Translations under genes and position numbers: made by a program
Assembly (NCBI RefSeq): GCF_036321535.1
Contig: NC_087437.1
Location: forward strand, 97,404,001 to 97,468,000
Length of the DNA stretch: 64,000 bases
Source of the DNA: Camelus dromedarius
Taxonomy: Eukaryota
Direction of reading: 5' to 3'
Shown: in pieces, positions 27,191 to 38,962 of the stretch
How positions within the stretch are numbered: position 1 is the stretch's first letter
Layout of the letters: every line of letters starts with the position of its first letter
Notes under the pieces: model-generated
The model's input: only the letters and a program-made list of their open reading frames with translations
Told to the model about the DNA's origin: nothing
Database searches by the model: none

Positions 27191-27723
27191 GTTAAATTTT
27201 GAATATTATTCCCTGATATATAACTATTCTTATTTGGAAGCAAGCAATTAGGTTAAAATATACATACACACACATACACACACACATTAACAGCACAAAT
27301 ACAAAAGTACTTTTATTTGTCTTCCAGATGATACAGAGTTCTAAGAAATCTACAAACTTCCAGTGGATCCATTTTTTCAGATCTCAAAGAAAGCTTTTCT
27401 GATCCTTTCCCACAAATCTCAATTTTCATTCAAAGCTTTAAATCAACATAAAAATGTATCATTCTGTGCTCTAGAACCTGATGCTTCACTTTACTTTCTC
27501 ATATGCTGCTGTAATTTTAGTCTATCTGCAAAATAGCCTAGGAGCAACTTGTAGGCAGTAAGACAGTCTGGTTTATCCTGGTATCCTTGCATCTGGCTGA
27601 GGCCCTGGAACACAGCAGATGTCCAAAAACATGTTTGCTCTATAATAATGCAAGTTGTCCAATATCCAGAGGCTTTACACACTACCTATTCAAAATAAGA
27701 AACATCTCACCATCATTTCCCTA

Positions 27724-27743
27724 TTAGACAGCAGAGGGCGGGG
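27724..27743 (+). promoter_or_regulatory. Candidate CTCF-binding motif
   Basis: 'gacagcagagggcgg' is close to the core CCAGCAGAGGGCGC; motif match only. Confidence 0.4.
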
Positions 27744-29044
27744 TGGTGATGGTGACAGAGATAGGACTTGAATGGAGGGGGAAAAAAAAAAAGTGAAGCT
27801 GTGCTGTTGACTTCCAGAATTTACCAATCAGGGAATATGCTAGGAAAGAGGAGAAACATAAAGAAAATATATAACACAAAAACCACTGTGGAGAACCAGC
27901 ACATGTCACACAAGACTCATGGTTTTTATTTCTTTCAGAAAGTGTTTTTGACAGCTTATAATAAAATCAGGGCAACTCAAAGACAGGTACGAAGAACTAT
28001 AGACAAAGAAGGAAAAAAATTAAAAATTCTCAGTGACTGCAATTTCCACATTTGAGCATATATACTACCTCTGGGTTTTCTGCTACAGAGGTGAAAAGGG
28101 AAAATAAATGGATAAGAGAATTTTTCATGCCTAGGAAGCATACTAACTCATGAGAGAAAATGTGTTTTTGTGGCCCTGATTTCTGAGATGCATCAGTTAT
28201 GCTGGTGTTTTTATAATGGGCTATAGGTAATAAAAACACTCAGGGTCAGAGTTTCCAAATAAATATAGACTTGTTTCACACAAAATTGTTTCTTTTATTC
28301 AATGTAGATATAAACCAAAATAATAGGACCAAGTCAGGTAAGAACAATTCCAGTCATCTGAGAGGCTGGATTTGGAACTACAGCCTTCTGTAGCCTTATT
28401 ACAGACATATGGTGTAGAAAATGTTTCAAACATTTTTTCTCAAGCTGACGTCTCTATAATAGGTTGCTGTTTGCTTCATGAGAAAAAAGCCTGCATGGTC
28501 AAATAATTTTAGAGAAAATGCATTATAAATTCTCTTCTACATGCTAATGATCCCAATCAAGCTTGAGACTAGAACCATAAATATTTCAAAATATCGTTCA
28601 GGATGAGACACTAAAAGTTAGGTGAATTAGCATTTATTTTATTCATATTAGGTATACTTCACTGAAATTGATACTTTTCTATATATTATTCCATTCAGTC
28701 CTCACAACAATTTATGAAGTGAAGACAAAGAAACTTGGATTCAAAGAATTTTGTACCTTGTGCATAATCTCACACTGCATCACGCTTGAAATGAAATGCA
28801 GATATATTCTGCTGTAATGTTCCTCACCGTTAACACAACGTGATCATATTTTCTTTGATGAGTTTTACATATTATACACGTTGGCTCAGAGACAGCATGC
28901 ACTAACATTAGGCACTATATAATTTATTTAACTGAGGTCCAGACATCCTACCTCTGCTTGAAACTTTCTTTTGAATCATATTTGCAAGATTCACTGACGT
29001 TTCCCTTTCTCAACTCCGTTTTACTCCTGAATCCACCTGGTAGG

Positions 29045-30350
29045 TTTTTTTTTTATTATTTAATTTAGGTACTGTGTATTTTAAATACTAAAATATACAT
29101 TTTTAAAGATTTTTTTAAAAGTGTTTGGCTGAGAATTTCAATTATTTTAGTTGCTTCAAGAGTGGTCACTTTGTCCTCATAAAGCATGGTTAGAATAGCT
29201 GCTTTTAAGTTATTGTCTGGTAATTCTAACATCTGGGTCATTTCAGGTTGAAATCTATTCATTGTCTTTTCCCTTGAGAATTTTTCTTTCCCTCTGGTTG
29301 TTAGTAATTGGGGATTGTATGACGGACATTTAAAATACTATGTTTTAAAACTCTGGGTCCCATTAAATTTATGTGGAGAATGTCAATTTGTTTGTTTATT
29401 CATTTTAGCAGACCATCACCTGGTTAGGTCCAGACTGTAAGTTCTGTTTTGCTTTCTATGGAAAGATGTTTGAATATTAGCTGAGTTTTCAAAGTTCTTG
29501 CTGTGTTCTGGTGTCTGCTCATTACATGAGCATCTCAGGAGGTGCCCTGAGAGCTGGGATGGAGCTTTATACACTCCCTCTTATTTAGGTGTGCTCTGAC
29601 CACGCAGAGCTTGAGAGGGATGACTCTGGCACTTGTGTTGGTTTATATACAAAATTAGAGATTCCTTTCTCTCTATTCTTGTGGATTTATGCCTCACTCT
29701 GGCTTCCAAAGTGTCCAATTTTAGGATTTACCCAGCAAATATATAGAGTTCTTTCAGAGATTTAGCCTTCTGCACTCTTGCGTAGATCTGGACAATTATA
29801 AGCAGAACAGTGAGACAAGGGTGAGAAAGAAAAGTAATACGGGCCCCCTCCCTTGTACTCAGGGAACCCTTTTCTTGGTTTCTCTATTGAAAGGGAGAAG
29901 TTTTCTCTTGGGTCTTATGTGCCTATACCCGCTGCACTGAGAGAATCCAGCTACATCACTGGGGCTGGTCCCAGGTCAGTGCTGGAAGAAGAAAAAGAGA
30001 CAAAGTATGAGGACTTTTATAATCTGGTGCTCACTGAGGCTGTTTTCTTTTTCTTTTTAACTTGGTTTGCTGGCCCAGTTTTGCTGAGCATGATCATTAC
30101 AAAGTTCCTAGTTTGGCTTGCCCAGGGTTCAAAGCCAGAAGATGAAGGAAGAAAATAAAACCCTAGGAAACTCATAGCCACTGTTATTTAAGTTTTGACT
30201 TATCTTTTCTATCTGAGTGCTATTATTTTTCAGAATCCTTGTTTGTTTGTTCATCTATTATTTGTATTTTGTCCAGATGTTTTGTTTTCATCAGTAGGAG
30301 AGTTAATCTGTAGTAGGTTCCCTTCATCCTGGTGAGAACCAGAAATCAGC
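29045..30350 (-). mobile_element. Old L1 (L1MC/MD/ME-like) 5' UTR and ORF1 N-terminal remnant
   Basis: The minus ORF 29065-29262 'EMTQMLELPDNNLKAAILTML' resembles the N-terminus of ancient L1 ORF1. Confidence 0.65.
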
Positions 30351-30718
30351 CTAAGGGGTTTTTTTAATAGGAAACTTCTCAAAGACCCAAATTTTGTACG
30401 AGAAAGTGTGGTAATAATGAGTTTAATCTACTACCTAGGAAATGTTATGTGCAAATACATACAATAAACTATCAGGGCTCCCAGAAAGGCAGTGGGATCT
30501 TATGTCAGGTGGACCATTGCATGAATTCCACTTTGAATCTTTACTAAACATCTCTCAGGGCAATTATCTCTTCTGTATGATGGGACAGTGAACCCTACAT
30601 CACAGAGTCTCTGTGAGTAATAAATGATTGAATGTCTGAATGTACTCTACCACTTATTAAAAATATCTGACATAAAGCAGATGCCTAATGGTTATAATTG
30701 GGTTATTGTATTGATTAG

Positions 30719-31199
30719 TGTATTATTCAGGGTTCTGTAGAGAAACCGAACCAAGAGTAAAGATAGATACACAGACAGATTTTGCTCATGTGATTATGGA
30801 GGCTAAGAAGTACCAAGATCTGCCACCTGCAAGTTGGAGACCCAGGAAAGCAAGTGCTATAGTTTAATCTTAGTTCAAAGGCCTGGGAACGAGGGGAGTT
30901 GATGGTGGAAGTCACAGTCCAAGTGCAGGAGAAGACCTATGTCCCAGCTCAAACAGTTAGGGAGAAGGGACAAAATCCTTTCTTTTGCCTTTTGTTCTGT
31001 TCAGGCCCTAAACAACTGAATATTCCCACCAACATTGTGAAGGATTCCCTGTGTTCACTAATTCAAATCTGAATCTTACTGAGAAGCACCCTCACAGACA
31101 CCACCAGAAAATTTATTTAGCCAATGAAATATTTATTTAGCCAAATATTTGGGCACTCTGGGACCTAGTCAAATTGACACATAAAATTAATCATCAACA
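30719..31199 (-). mobile_element. MLT2-family ERVL LTR
   Basis: 'tgtattattcagggttctgtagagaaac...gattatggaggctaagaagt...gtcaaattgacacataaaattaatcatca'. Confidence 0.9.
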
Positions 31200-31324
31200 T
31201 TTTTATAAAGTATTTAATTTTAGAAAATCACATCCTAATGTGCTCGTCAAAGTTGGAAGTGAATACCTAGAAAAATGCCTACCGTATCTTTCTAATAGCA
31301 TTAGTGGGCATAATCTCGCCTAAG

Positions 31325-31545
31325 TGATACACATTGAGTATGCTGGCTCTGTACGAATCGCTTTAAACAAATTTTTAAATTTAATCCTCCACAACAGTTT
31401 TGCAAGTCTGAGAATCATTACCATCCCCATTTCACAAGTACAGACAAAGAACCTTATATGAGTAAAGATTCTTAGGGTAACTTGCCCAAGGTCAACCTTA
31501 AGCAAGTAGAAAAGCTAACTTTCTGGCTTCTGAGCCTGAAGAGGT
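31325..31545 (-). mobile_element. MIR SINE
   Basis: 'tttaatcctccacaaca...atccccatttcaca...gtaacttgcccaaggtca'. Confidence 0.8.
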
Positions 31546-34189
31546 ACCATTACTTCTTTCGCCTGTGTTTGTTTCACCATGGCTGATGTTTAAATGACCT
31601 CGTATAGCACTACTGACCAGTTTTAGTGGCTCTTGAGGAATCTTTCAGAACTGAAATTGTCAACAATATATAAAGTATGGTTTGGGCTCTCAGAGGTTGC
31701 GTTTGATATTTTAAGTGTACTCAACTTTTAGCTAGATGTGCAAAGTCACTGTAGATTAATTTTTTTTTTTACATCGAATTCAACTATTTCAGCAAGTCAG
31801 TATGTACAACTATTAGCAACAGAACGGAGTATATAGCAAGTGGATTTAAAAGACAATTAAAAATAAGTAATAATGCAAATTTCAATTTTGTTAGAGCCTA
31901 CCATTCTATCAAATGCTTAAATGTGAGTGTGCCAAGGAAACTGGTTCTGTATTTTCATGATAAATAGCAATTTATCTTAAAAGGAACTAAAGAAAATGGG
32001 ATATGTGACAGTGAGTCAAACATACAACAACACAAGTGCAATGAGAACATCTAATCTGGTGAAAAGGCAGGGACTCATTAAGATATTATTAGTTTTAGTC
32101 AAACAAGCTCACTATACATCAATAACTCATTCCTTATTCTCAGTGATTATGACCCCGTGTAGGCAATAAAGTCAGACCAAGCGGCACATGCTTGTGTACT
32201 CACCTAGACCTGGAAAATCTCTGTCGTGTTTTGAGAGGAGAGTCTGTATTTCTCCTATTGTAGTATACGATCAAGGGCTTTTCCCTAGGCAAGAAATCAG
32301 ATTCTTCTACAGCAAACCCACAGAAGTTCTTCCTCTTGCTTAGAGTCCCACGCAGGGTACCTGCATGCTATCCTTATTCAGAAAAACATGAACTGTTACC
32401 AGACGAGGCCAATGCCTCTGTTGCTGGCGGTGGTGGGCACTGGAGATAAATCTGCCAATTCTCTTAGGGTGTAGTTGAAATACTTGGGCAGGTTTAAGAA
32501 ACCCGTGTGACTGCCCAATTGACTAATTCTGGATAGCCTGTTTAGCCCCCACCAGTCTGAGTTTTCTCATCTATAAAGTGGGTGAAGAAGAAGAAAGAGA
32601 GGTATGACAGAATCTTGAAGAAGATGGTTGCTAAGTTCCCTCCTAAAAATAAAATGTGCGTTTTTATGATTTCCTCCAGCAACACACACAGGACAGCAAA
32701 TTACATATTAACTTCTCAGGGACTTTTCAGACTTCATGCACCATAGTTTAATGGTACTATACAGAATCATTGTATTAAAAGAACTATATTGTTATTTAAA
32801 AAAAATTCAGGAAATCAATGAAAATAATCTGCTATATAAATGCCTCGAGAACAAAGGCACTAACTTACATGTGTTTCTTCCAGTGCTCAGCAGTGCCCTA
32901 TGCATAGCAGATAGACAATCAATATTCACAATTTGCAGTATGACAGAGTATTATTCTTCTGACTGAAGGATTCCCCAATTTTAATACTGAAATGCAGATA
33001 AATTTTATTCCTTCTAATTCTACTCATAAAATGTTAAAAATGCAACATTAAGATGGTTTAATAATCATTCTTACTGTCTACATATTTAGTAAGATGTTCA
33101 TGGTAAATTTGAAAATTGTTTGTTTACTATGATTAACCTTCAAAAGTACTACAGCTAAAAATAATATAGATCCATTTCATGAAAATATCTGGACTTATGA
33201 GGAATGATGAAACCTAAGGGTAATAATATAAGTTGTAGCCAGAAACTCCATTTTCCATGATCTAGATTACAAAGAGAAAAATACTACCACTTGAGGAGAA
33301 TTGACATTGACAATATAATGCAGGTAAAGAGTAATATAAAAAGAATAATGGCAAAGAAAGAGTCGAATGTTGATGGCAAAAATGGATCAGAGAGAAGATG
33401 GAAAATAAACAAACAAAAATACAGGATTAAAAAAAATATTTCAAGGGTATTGTCTTCTCTAGGAATGTTACTCATTAGTTTCACTATGTGGTGGACAGAA
33501 GAGATTAATCATTTTTGAAATAAGAAAATAAGATTAGGAAATTCAAATACATTCATTTAAGAGTTTGGCGTTGAGATGACATGGATATACTCTTAACACC
33601 TTTGGAATAATTTTTCTATCAGAGACAGTGACCCTAACTATGTTCTAACTTGCATTTCTTTCTCCCTAGGTTCCTTTCTTTACAGCAGTTAATGAGTAGG
33701 TTGGCAATATAAAAAAAAAAAGTCAAAAGAAATAGAAAACAGCATGCGTTAGTCCAAGGTTGACCGGATCACCTACTTTGCCGAAAACTGTTAACACTGA
33801 ACCAGCAGAGCCCGCAGACACCACCAGCGCATCTTCCATTAGATTTGGAGGCTCTGTTAACTGACTTTCAACCTGCCAGGAACACTTTGCTCACACACTG
33901 ACGCAGACAGCAGCAATACTACAAAACCAGGAAAAAAGTACAGCTAAATCCTCCACAAATTACCCTCATCAACATATTCTGGAGTCCCAGTTTCCTTCAA
34001 AACACAAATCTGTAGTTATGAAGCAACAATTTCATTTTCACTTGCAAATAAACTACGTAAAGAAAGTCAACATTGTTAGAAGTTTAACTATTTTTATGTA
34101 AAAAAACCCCCAAATAACATTATAAAAGGAGAATAGTTCTATAAAGCTAAAGGGATGAATGGGTGCTGATTTATAATCCGTGTTCCCAA

Positions 34190-34850
34190 TGAAGCATTAA
34201 TAATGAGTATGACAGATATCGTGTGAAGTGCCGGAGACCTGGAGATTAAAGACAGTGTCTGTCTTCAAGGTGCTCACAAATTGGAGGAAGATGCAGAGAA
34301 ATAAGCAGGCATGTGTGATACACATGATGTAGAAGTATGATGCTACAGTAAAAGGATGCACATCACATGAAGGGAGGACAAAGAGATATTTAAAACAGAG
34401 CAAAGTGATCAGAAAAGACTTCACATAATGGGTTGTTGTTAAGCTGAGTTTGGAGGAGGAAGAGGAGCCAAACAGGCAAAAAATGGCACCAAGCTTATTC
34501 CAACCAAAACAAACAACTTAAGCAAAGCAGAGCTGTGAGCAAGCAGGGTGGATTCAGAGAACTGCAATTAATCCAATAATCCTCAAGTGTAATGTGTGAA
34601 AGGAACATGGTAACAATGAGATTGGAGACTTAAACAGGGCACAGGTGAGGCCAAGGTAAGACTGAAAATGGTGAACTGCAGAAAAATATTATGGAGGGAA
34701 GACAACCAAAGCAGTAGCAAATGAGGAAATACATTCATACATTCATTCAACCAACATACTATAAGCCAGTACTTTACTACGTGCAGGGGTACAAGAGTCA
34801 GCAAGCATCAATAATTCATGCCCTCCTCGAGTTGATACACTAGTGTGTTC
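34190..34850 (-). mobile_element. L2 remnants
   Basis: 'tctgtcttcaaggtgctcaca', 'cattcattcaaccaacatact'. Confidence 0.6.
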
Positions 34851-35299
34851 TTGCGTGTGTTATGCTGGAATTCAGTTTTTGTTTGTAGGGAGCCATGATG
34901 ATCCATCTTAAGTTTGGAATTTCCCTGAAGAGACCTATAATTTTTTTCAACTGCCTGAATTTTTGAATTAGGTTACTGGATGTTGAGATAAATTTGGATT
35001 AGTTTAAAGGTTGGAGTAATGAGCGGAATAGGGGTAGAAAAGAAAATAGAACAGGACTATTAAATTGGAAGACAATGGTTGATTCAAGGAACCAGAAAAT
35101 CAGACAATGATGATGAAAGAGCTGATCTGAGAATAAGAAAATGAGAGGGTTGTATAGACTCAAAATAGCAGTTAAAAATAGATACATTAAAGCTTAAGAT
35201 TTTAGAAGTTGGCCTTTCAGATTTTAATGGAATAATCTCTATCTCATGTCTAAGGACACTCTGAAAAATGCATGATTAATATTACAAACATGGAAGTGA

Positions 35300-36200
35300 C
35301 ATGAAAGCTAAACCAAAATATATACAAAAGTATATGCAGAAAATATAGACTATAGGTCAATTCTACATATTCATGTAAAACTTTAAATACAATACTATGA
35401 AATTAACTTTAATACCACATAGTAAAAGTATCTCTCCCTTACTTATGTAGGTTTATAATAAGAATTCAGTGATTTCCAGTGTTAGAAAATCTCCATCACA
35501 TCAGTAATTCCTAACCTGATGAATATAATTCTCTTGAACCAATATCCAACATAATATTTATCAGTAAAACCTAGAGGACTCACCATTAGAATTTGGAGGT
35601 AAAAACTAAGAAAACCCACTATTTCTTCAATACTTTATACATTAGAATTTCTATCAAAGTAATAAGATGCAAATAATAGTAAGACATATAAAATTACTAT
35701 TTCTTTTGACTAATCTGATCATCCATGAAAAAAAAAAAACACTCAAAACTCTTTAATGGACTTCAGCAACCTTGATGGATTGGTGTCCTTATCCTAAAGC
35801 CATTTGATACAAATTTGTCACCTAGTAATTCATTCTAAAGAATTAATCATGGATGTGGCTAAGTGCTATAGGTAACTATGTTTTTTTAGAGCACTATCAA
35901 ATGAAAAATTGAAAATAATCTGGACACTGAATAATGAAGAAAAATATAGCTATCGAAATATTTTTGAAGTCAATGCAGTAACACAAAGGAATAATAGGGA
36001 TGCTAAGTGAGAAAATATCACTATACAAAAGTGTATACATGTTGTGGTCCCAATTTTGTATTTGACATAATATATGGGGGGTAAATTGGGAATAAATATT
36101 TCAAAATGTGAACTTTTAAGTTTTATTAGATACAAAAGATTTTAAGTGATTTCTCTACTTTCCAAAATTTCTATAGTGAAGAAAATAATAAAATACAATA
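35300..36200 (+). mobile_element. Highly degenerate L1ME-like ORF2/3' fragments
   Basis: A-rich; 'gtaggtttataataagaattcagtgatttccagtgttagaaaatc' resembles DNA for the L1 ORF2 GFIPGMQGWFNIRKS region. Confidence 0.45.
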
Positions 36201-36524
36201 AAGTAATTTGCTCATGACAAAGAAGTATGACAAATCAAAGATGCTTCACCCACAAGTTTTTGCTCTTAACTGCTGTGCTAGGGCGAGAGCAAGTTGCCTT
36301 ACTCATCTTGTGCCCCATGTCTAACACACTGCCTCACACACAGCATGTGCAAAATAAATCTTTACTGACTGTTTGAACTATCAAGGAAGTAATTCCACCT
36401 AAATCTCCCCATACGATTCAGTTCAAATTAGTTAAAAAGACTTTTTTTCAGTAGTTGCTCAGGATAGTAGCCCACCAAACTAAAAATTGATAGTGTTAAC
36501 AATGTCTGCTTATATAACACATAA

Positions 36525-36605
36525 AAAATCAAATATATATATTATATATCAAATATATACAATGTATATCAAAATATATAACATATATCAAAATATGTAT
36601 TATAA
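36525..36605. repeat. Degenerate AT-rich tandem repeat with unit core 'tatcaaa(a)tatata'
   Basis: Four imperfect copies visible. Confidence 0.7.
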
Positions 36606-36689
36606 CCACACATGTTTTGATTTAAATGAGATAAGAATTCAGATGGAGCCTTAAATGAAATTGCAGAGGTCACTCTTTCATGTATGTAT

Positions 36690-36960
36690 GTACTCAAATG
36701 CACATGAAATATCAAGAAGTTTGACAAATGCTGAGACAGATACATATGAGAATCATGATCTGGAGTATTTTCTAGTCAAACAGGGGAAATGAAGGCAAGT
36801 AAAAAAAACCTCAGTAAAATGTGATAAAGTCTACAGCAAAGTAAGAAGCAAGGGCACCATGAAAGCACAAGGAAGCATCATGTGAGCTTCAATTTGGATA
36901 AAAGGGGAAAATATGCTAAAATGCCTGGAGAGGAGGTCAGGAAGTGTTTATAAAATAGGA
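36690..36960 (-). mobile_element. L2 remnant
   Basis: 'aaatgtgataaag...agggcaccatgaaagcacaagga'. Confidence 0.45.
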
Positions 36961-38601
36961 GTTCTCTGAGAAAAGGACAATGAGAAGAGAAGGGCTAACC
37001 CAAGTAGGGGGCTGAAGTGTGCCATGATTCCCCAGTGACCCTTACTCATGGGGCCACAGAACACTACTGGAAGCAGAGTTCCTTCATGTGACTCACTGGT
37101 TTGGAGACTTGTGATGTTAACTTGAAATACACAACGTTTTAGCTCACATTCAGACATGTTTTCAACCTGTTTCACTTTATATTGGGCAACAGTGTACTTT
37201 AGAATTTTTCTCATATTAACACACAAATATTCAACAATAGGCACAATAGAAAATAGAATCATGCCCTGAGAAACAGAAAGAATTTAAGAATAACCAAAAT
37301 AAGAGCATTTTATAAGATGTTGCTTTTATTTTCCTCAGAGATCAGATTTGATTAGAAAGTTTAATGTATCAACTAAATTTGCTATTTGACTTTTTTTTAC
37401 CCTTTCCTGTCATCAAAATCACTGTATTTTTTAAAGTATTAAGTGGTCTTGGCTAAGAATGAAAAGTAACTTTAACCACCTCAAAAGGAATCTAATTGTG
37501 TTTTATGAAAAGAGACAGTATCTGTGCAACTGCTGTCGCTCAGAAGAAACAGGAACTTCAGTGTGTTTTCCATTGGATTCACATAGCTCATTAAGTACTA
37601 CGTGGTACGAGTTATAAGGTAATCTGACAGTTTCAAATTATATGAAATCGACATGTCAGAAACTTTATAGGAAAAATTTCACAATGGAGTTTAAATGCTT
37701 ATGTAGGACAGTGGCAAACCCAGACCGGGCTGTGCAGTTATTTTCATGGCCTTCACCTTGGTGACCTCCACTTCTCCGTGATAACTCTCCCCAGTTGGGC
37801 CCCAATGTCTACACAAGCCTTTTAATAAGACTCTCTAAAAATCTTTTCTTATGCCATCTGGTTTAATAATATTCTAATGTCAATTCTAAGCTCACAACCC
37901 ATTTCCTTATGATTTCAACTTATGTAATACACAAGATTCCATATTCTCTACATGCCATTTTACATGTCTCTTATATATTAACACTTTACACAAATCGTAT
38001 AACATTATTAATAGTTCCACTTAACCTAGGTATTAATAAATACATAAGCATTTGGACCAAATTTTTTAATAACAGTTTCTATCCCAAACTCTTTTATCAC
38101 ATATTAGAATCTCATGCATCATAGTTTAGTAAACAAGGTAATATTGTCCAATAACTTATTTGATAGATATCATTGTGATTTTGTTCCTGTCATGAGAGAA
38201 ATGGGATTTTCAGCTGCAAAACTAACATTGAGCAAATCTTGCATTTATTAAATGCAGGTTGGACATGGGGAAGTCTTCTGTAGAAACAGTCCATAATTAT
38301 TACATCTACACTTTACCTTTAATATGACTCTTAATGTTCTAAACTGAAGAATGCAGCAAATGACAGTCAGAAAATTTGCTTTGAGATGTATGAACTTTAA
38401 TTTGCATTTTCTCACAGGCTCAGTTTTGTTCAGGTTTTGGGTAAAAATCTAGTAAGAAGTGCAATATTATCACTGGCTTTAGTTAAGGAATGTCGGCAGT
38501 GATGAAATCCTTTGTATTATATTCTCAAGAGAACTAATTCTTTCTGTCCAAGGATGTACTTCATAGGTGTCATGTAAAAATCTGCAGTGATTCTGTTTTG
38601 C

Positions 38602-38962
38602 TGTCTTAGTTCAGGCTGCTATAACAAAATGCCATAGATAAGGTGACTTAAACAACTAACACAATGTCTCATAGTTCTTAATGCTGGGAAGTCTAAGATC
38701 AAGGTATTGGCAGATTTGGTGTATGGTAAGGTCCTTTTCCTGGTTCATAGATAACACTCTTCACTCTGTGTCCACATGTGGAAACAGGGAGCTATATGCT
38801 CTCCATCTCTTATAAGAGCACTAGTCCCATCATGGGAGCTCAACCACCAACATCTCATCCAAACCCAAGTACTTCCCAAAGGTCCCACCTCCAAATAGCA
38901 TCACGTTGGGATTCGGCTTCAACATATGCATATGGAGGACACAAATATTCAAATCTATAGCA
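38602..38962 (-). mobile_element. MLT1A-like MaLR solo LTR
   Basis: 'tgtcttagttcaggctgctataacaaaatgccataga...gctgggaagtctaagatcaagg...gcttcaacatatg...atagca'. Confidence 0.9.
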
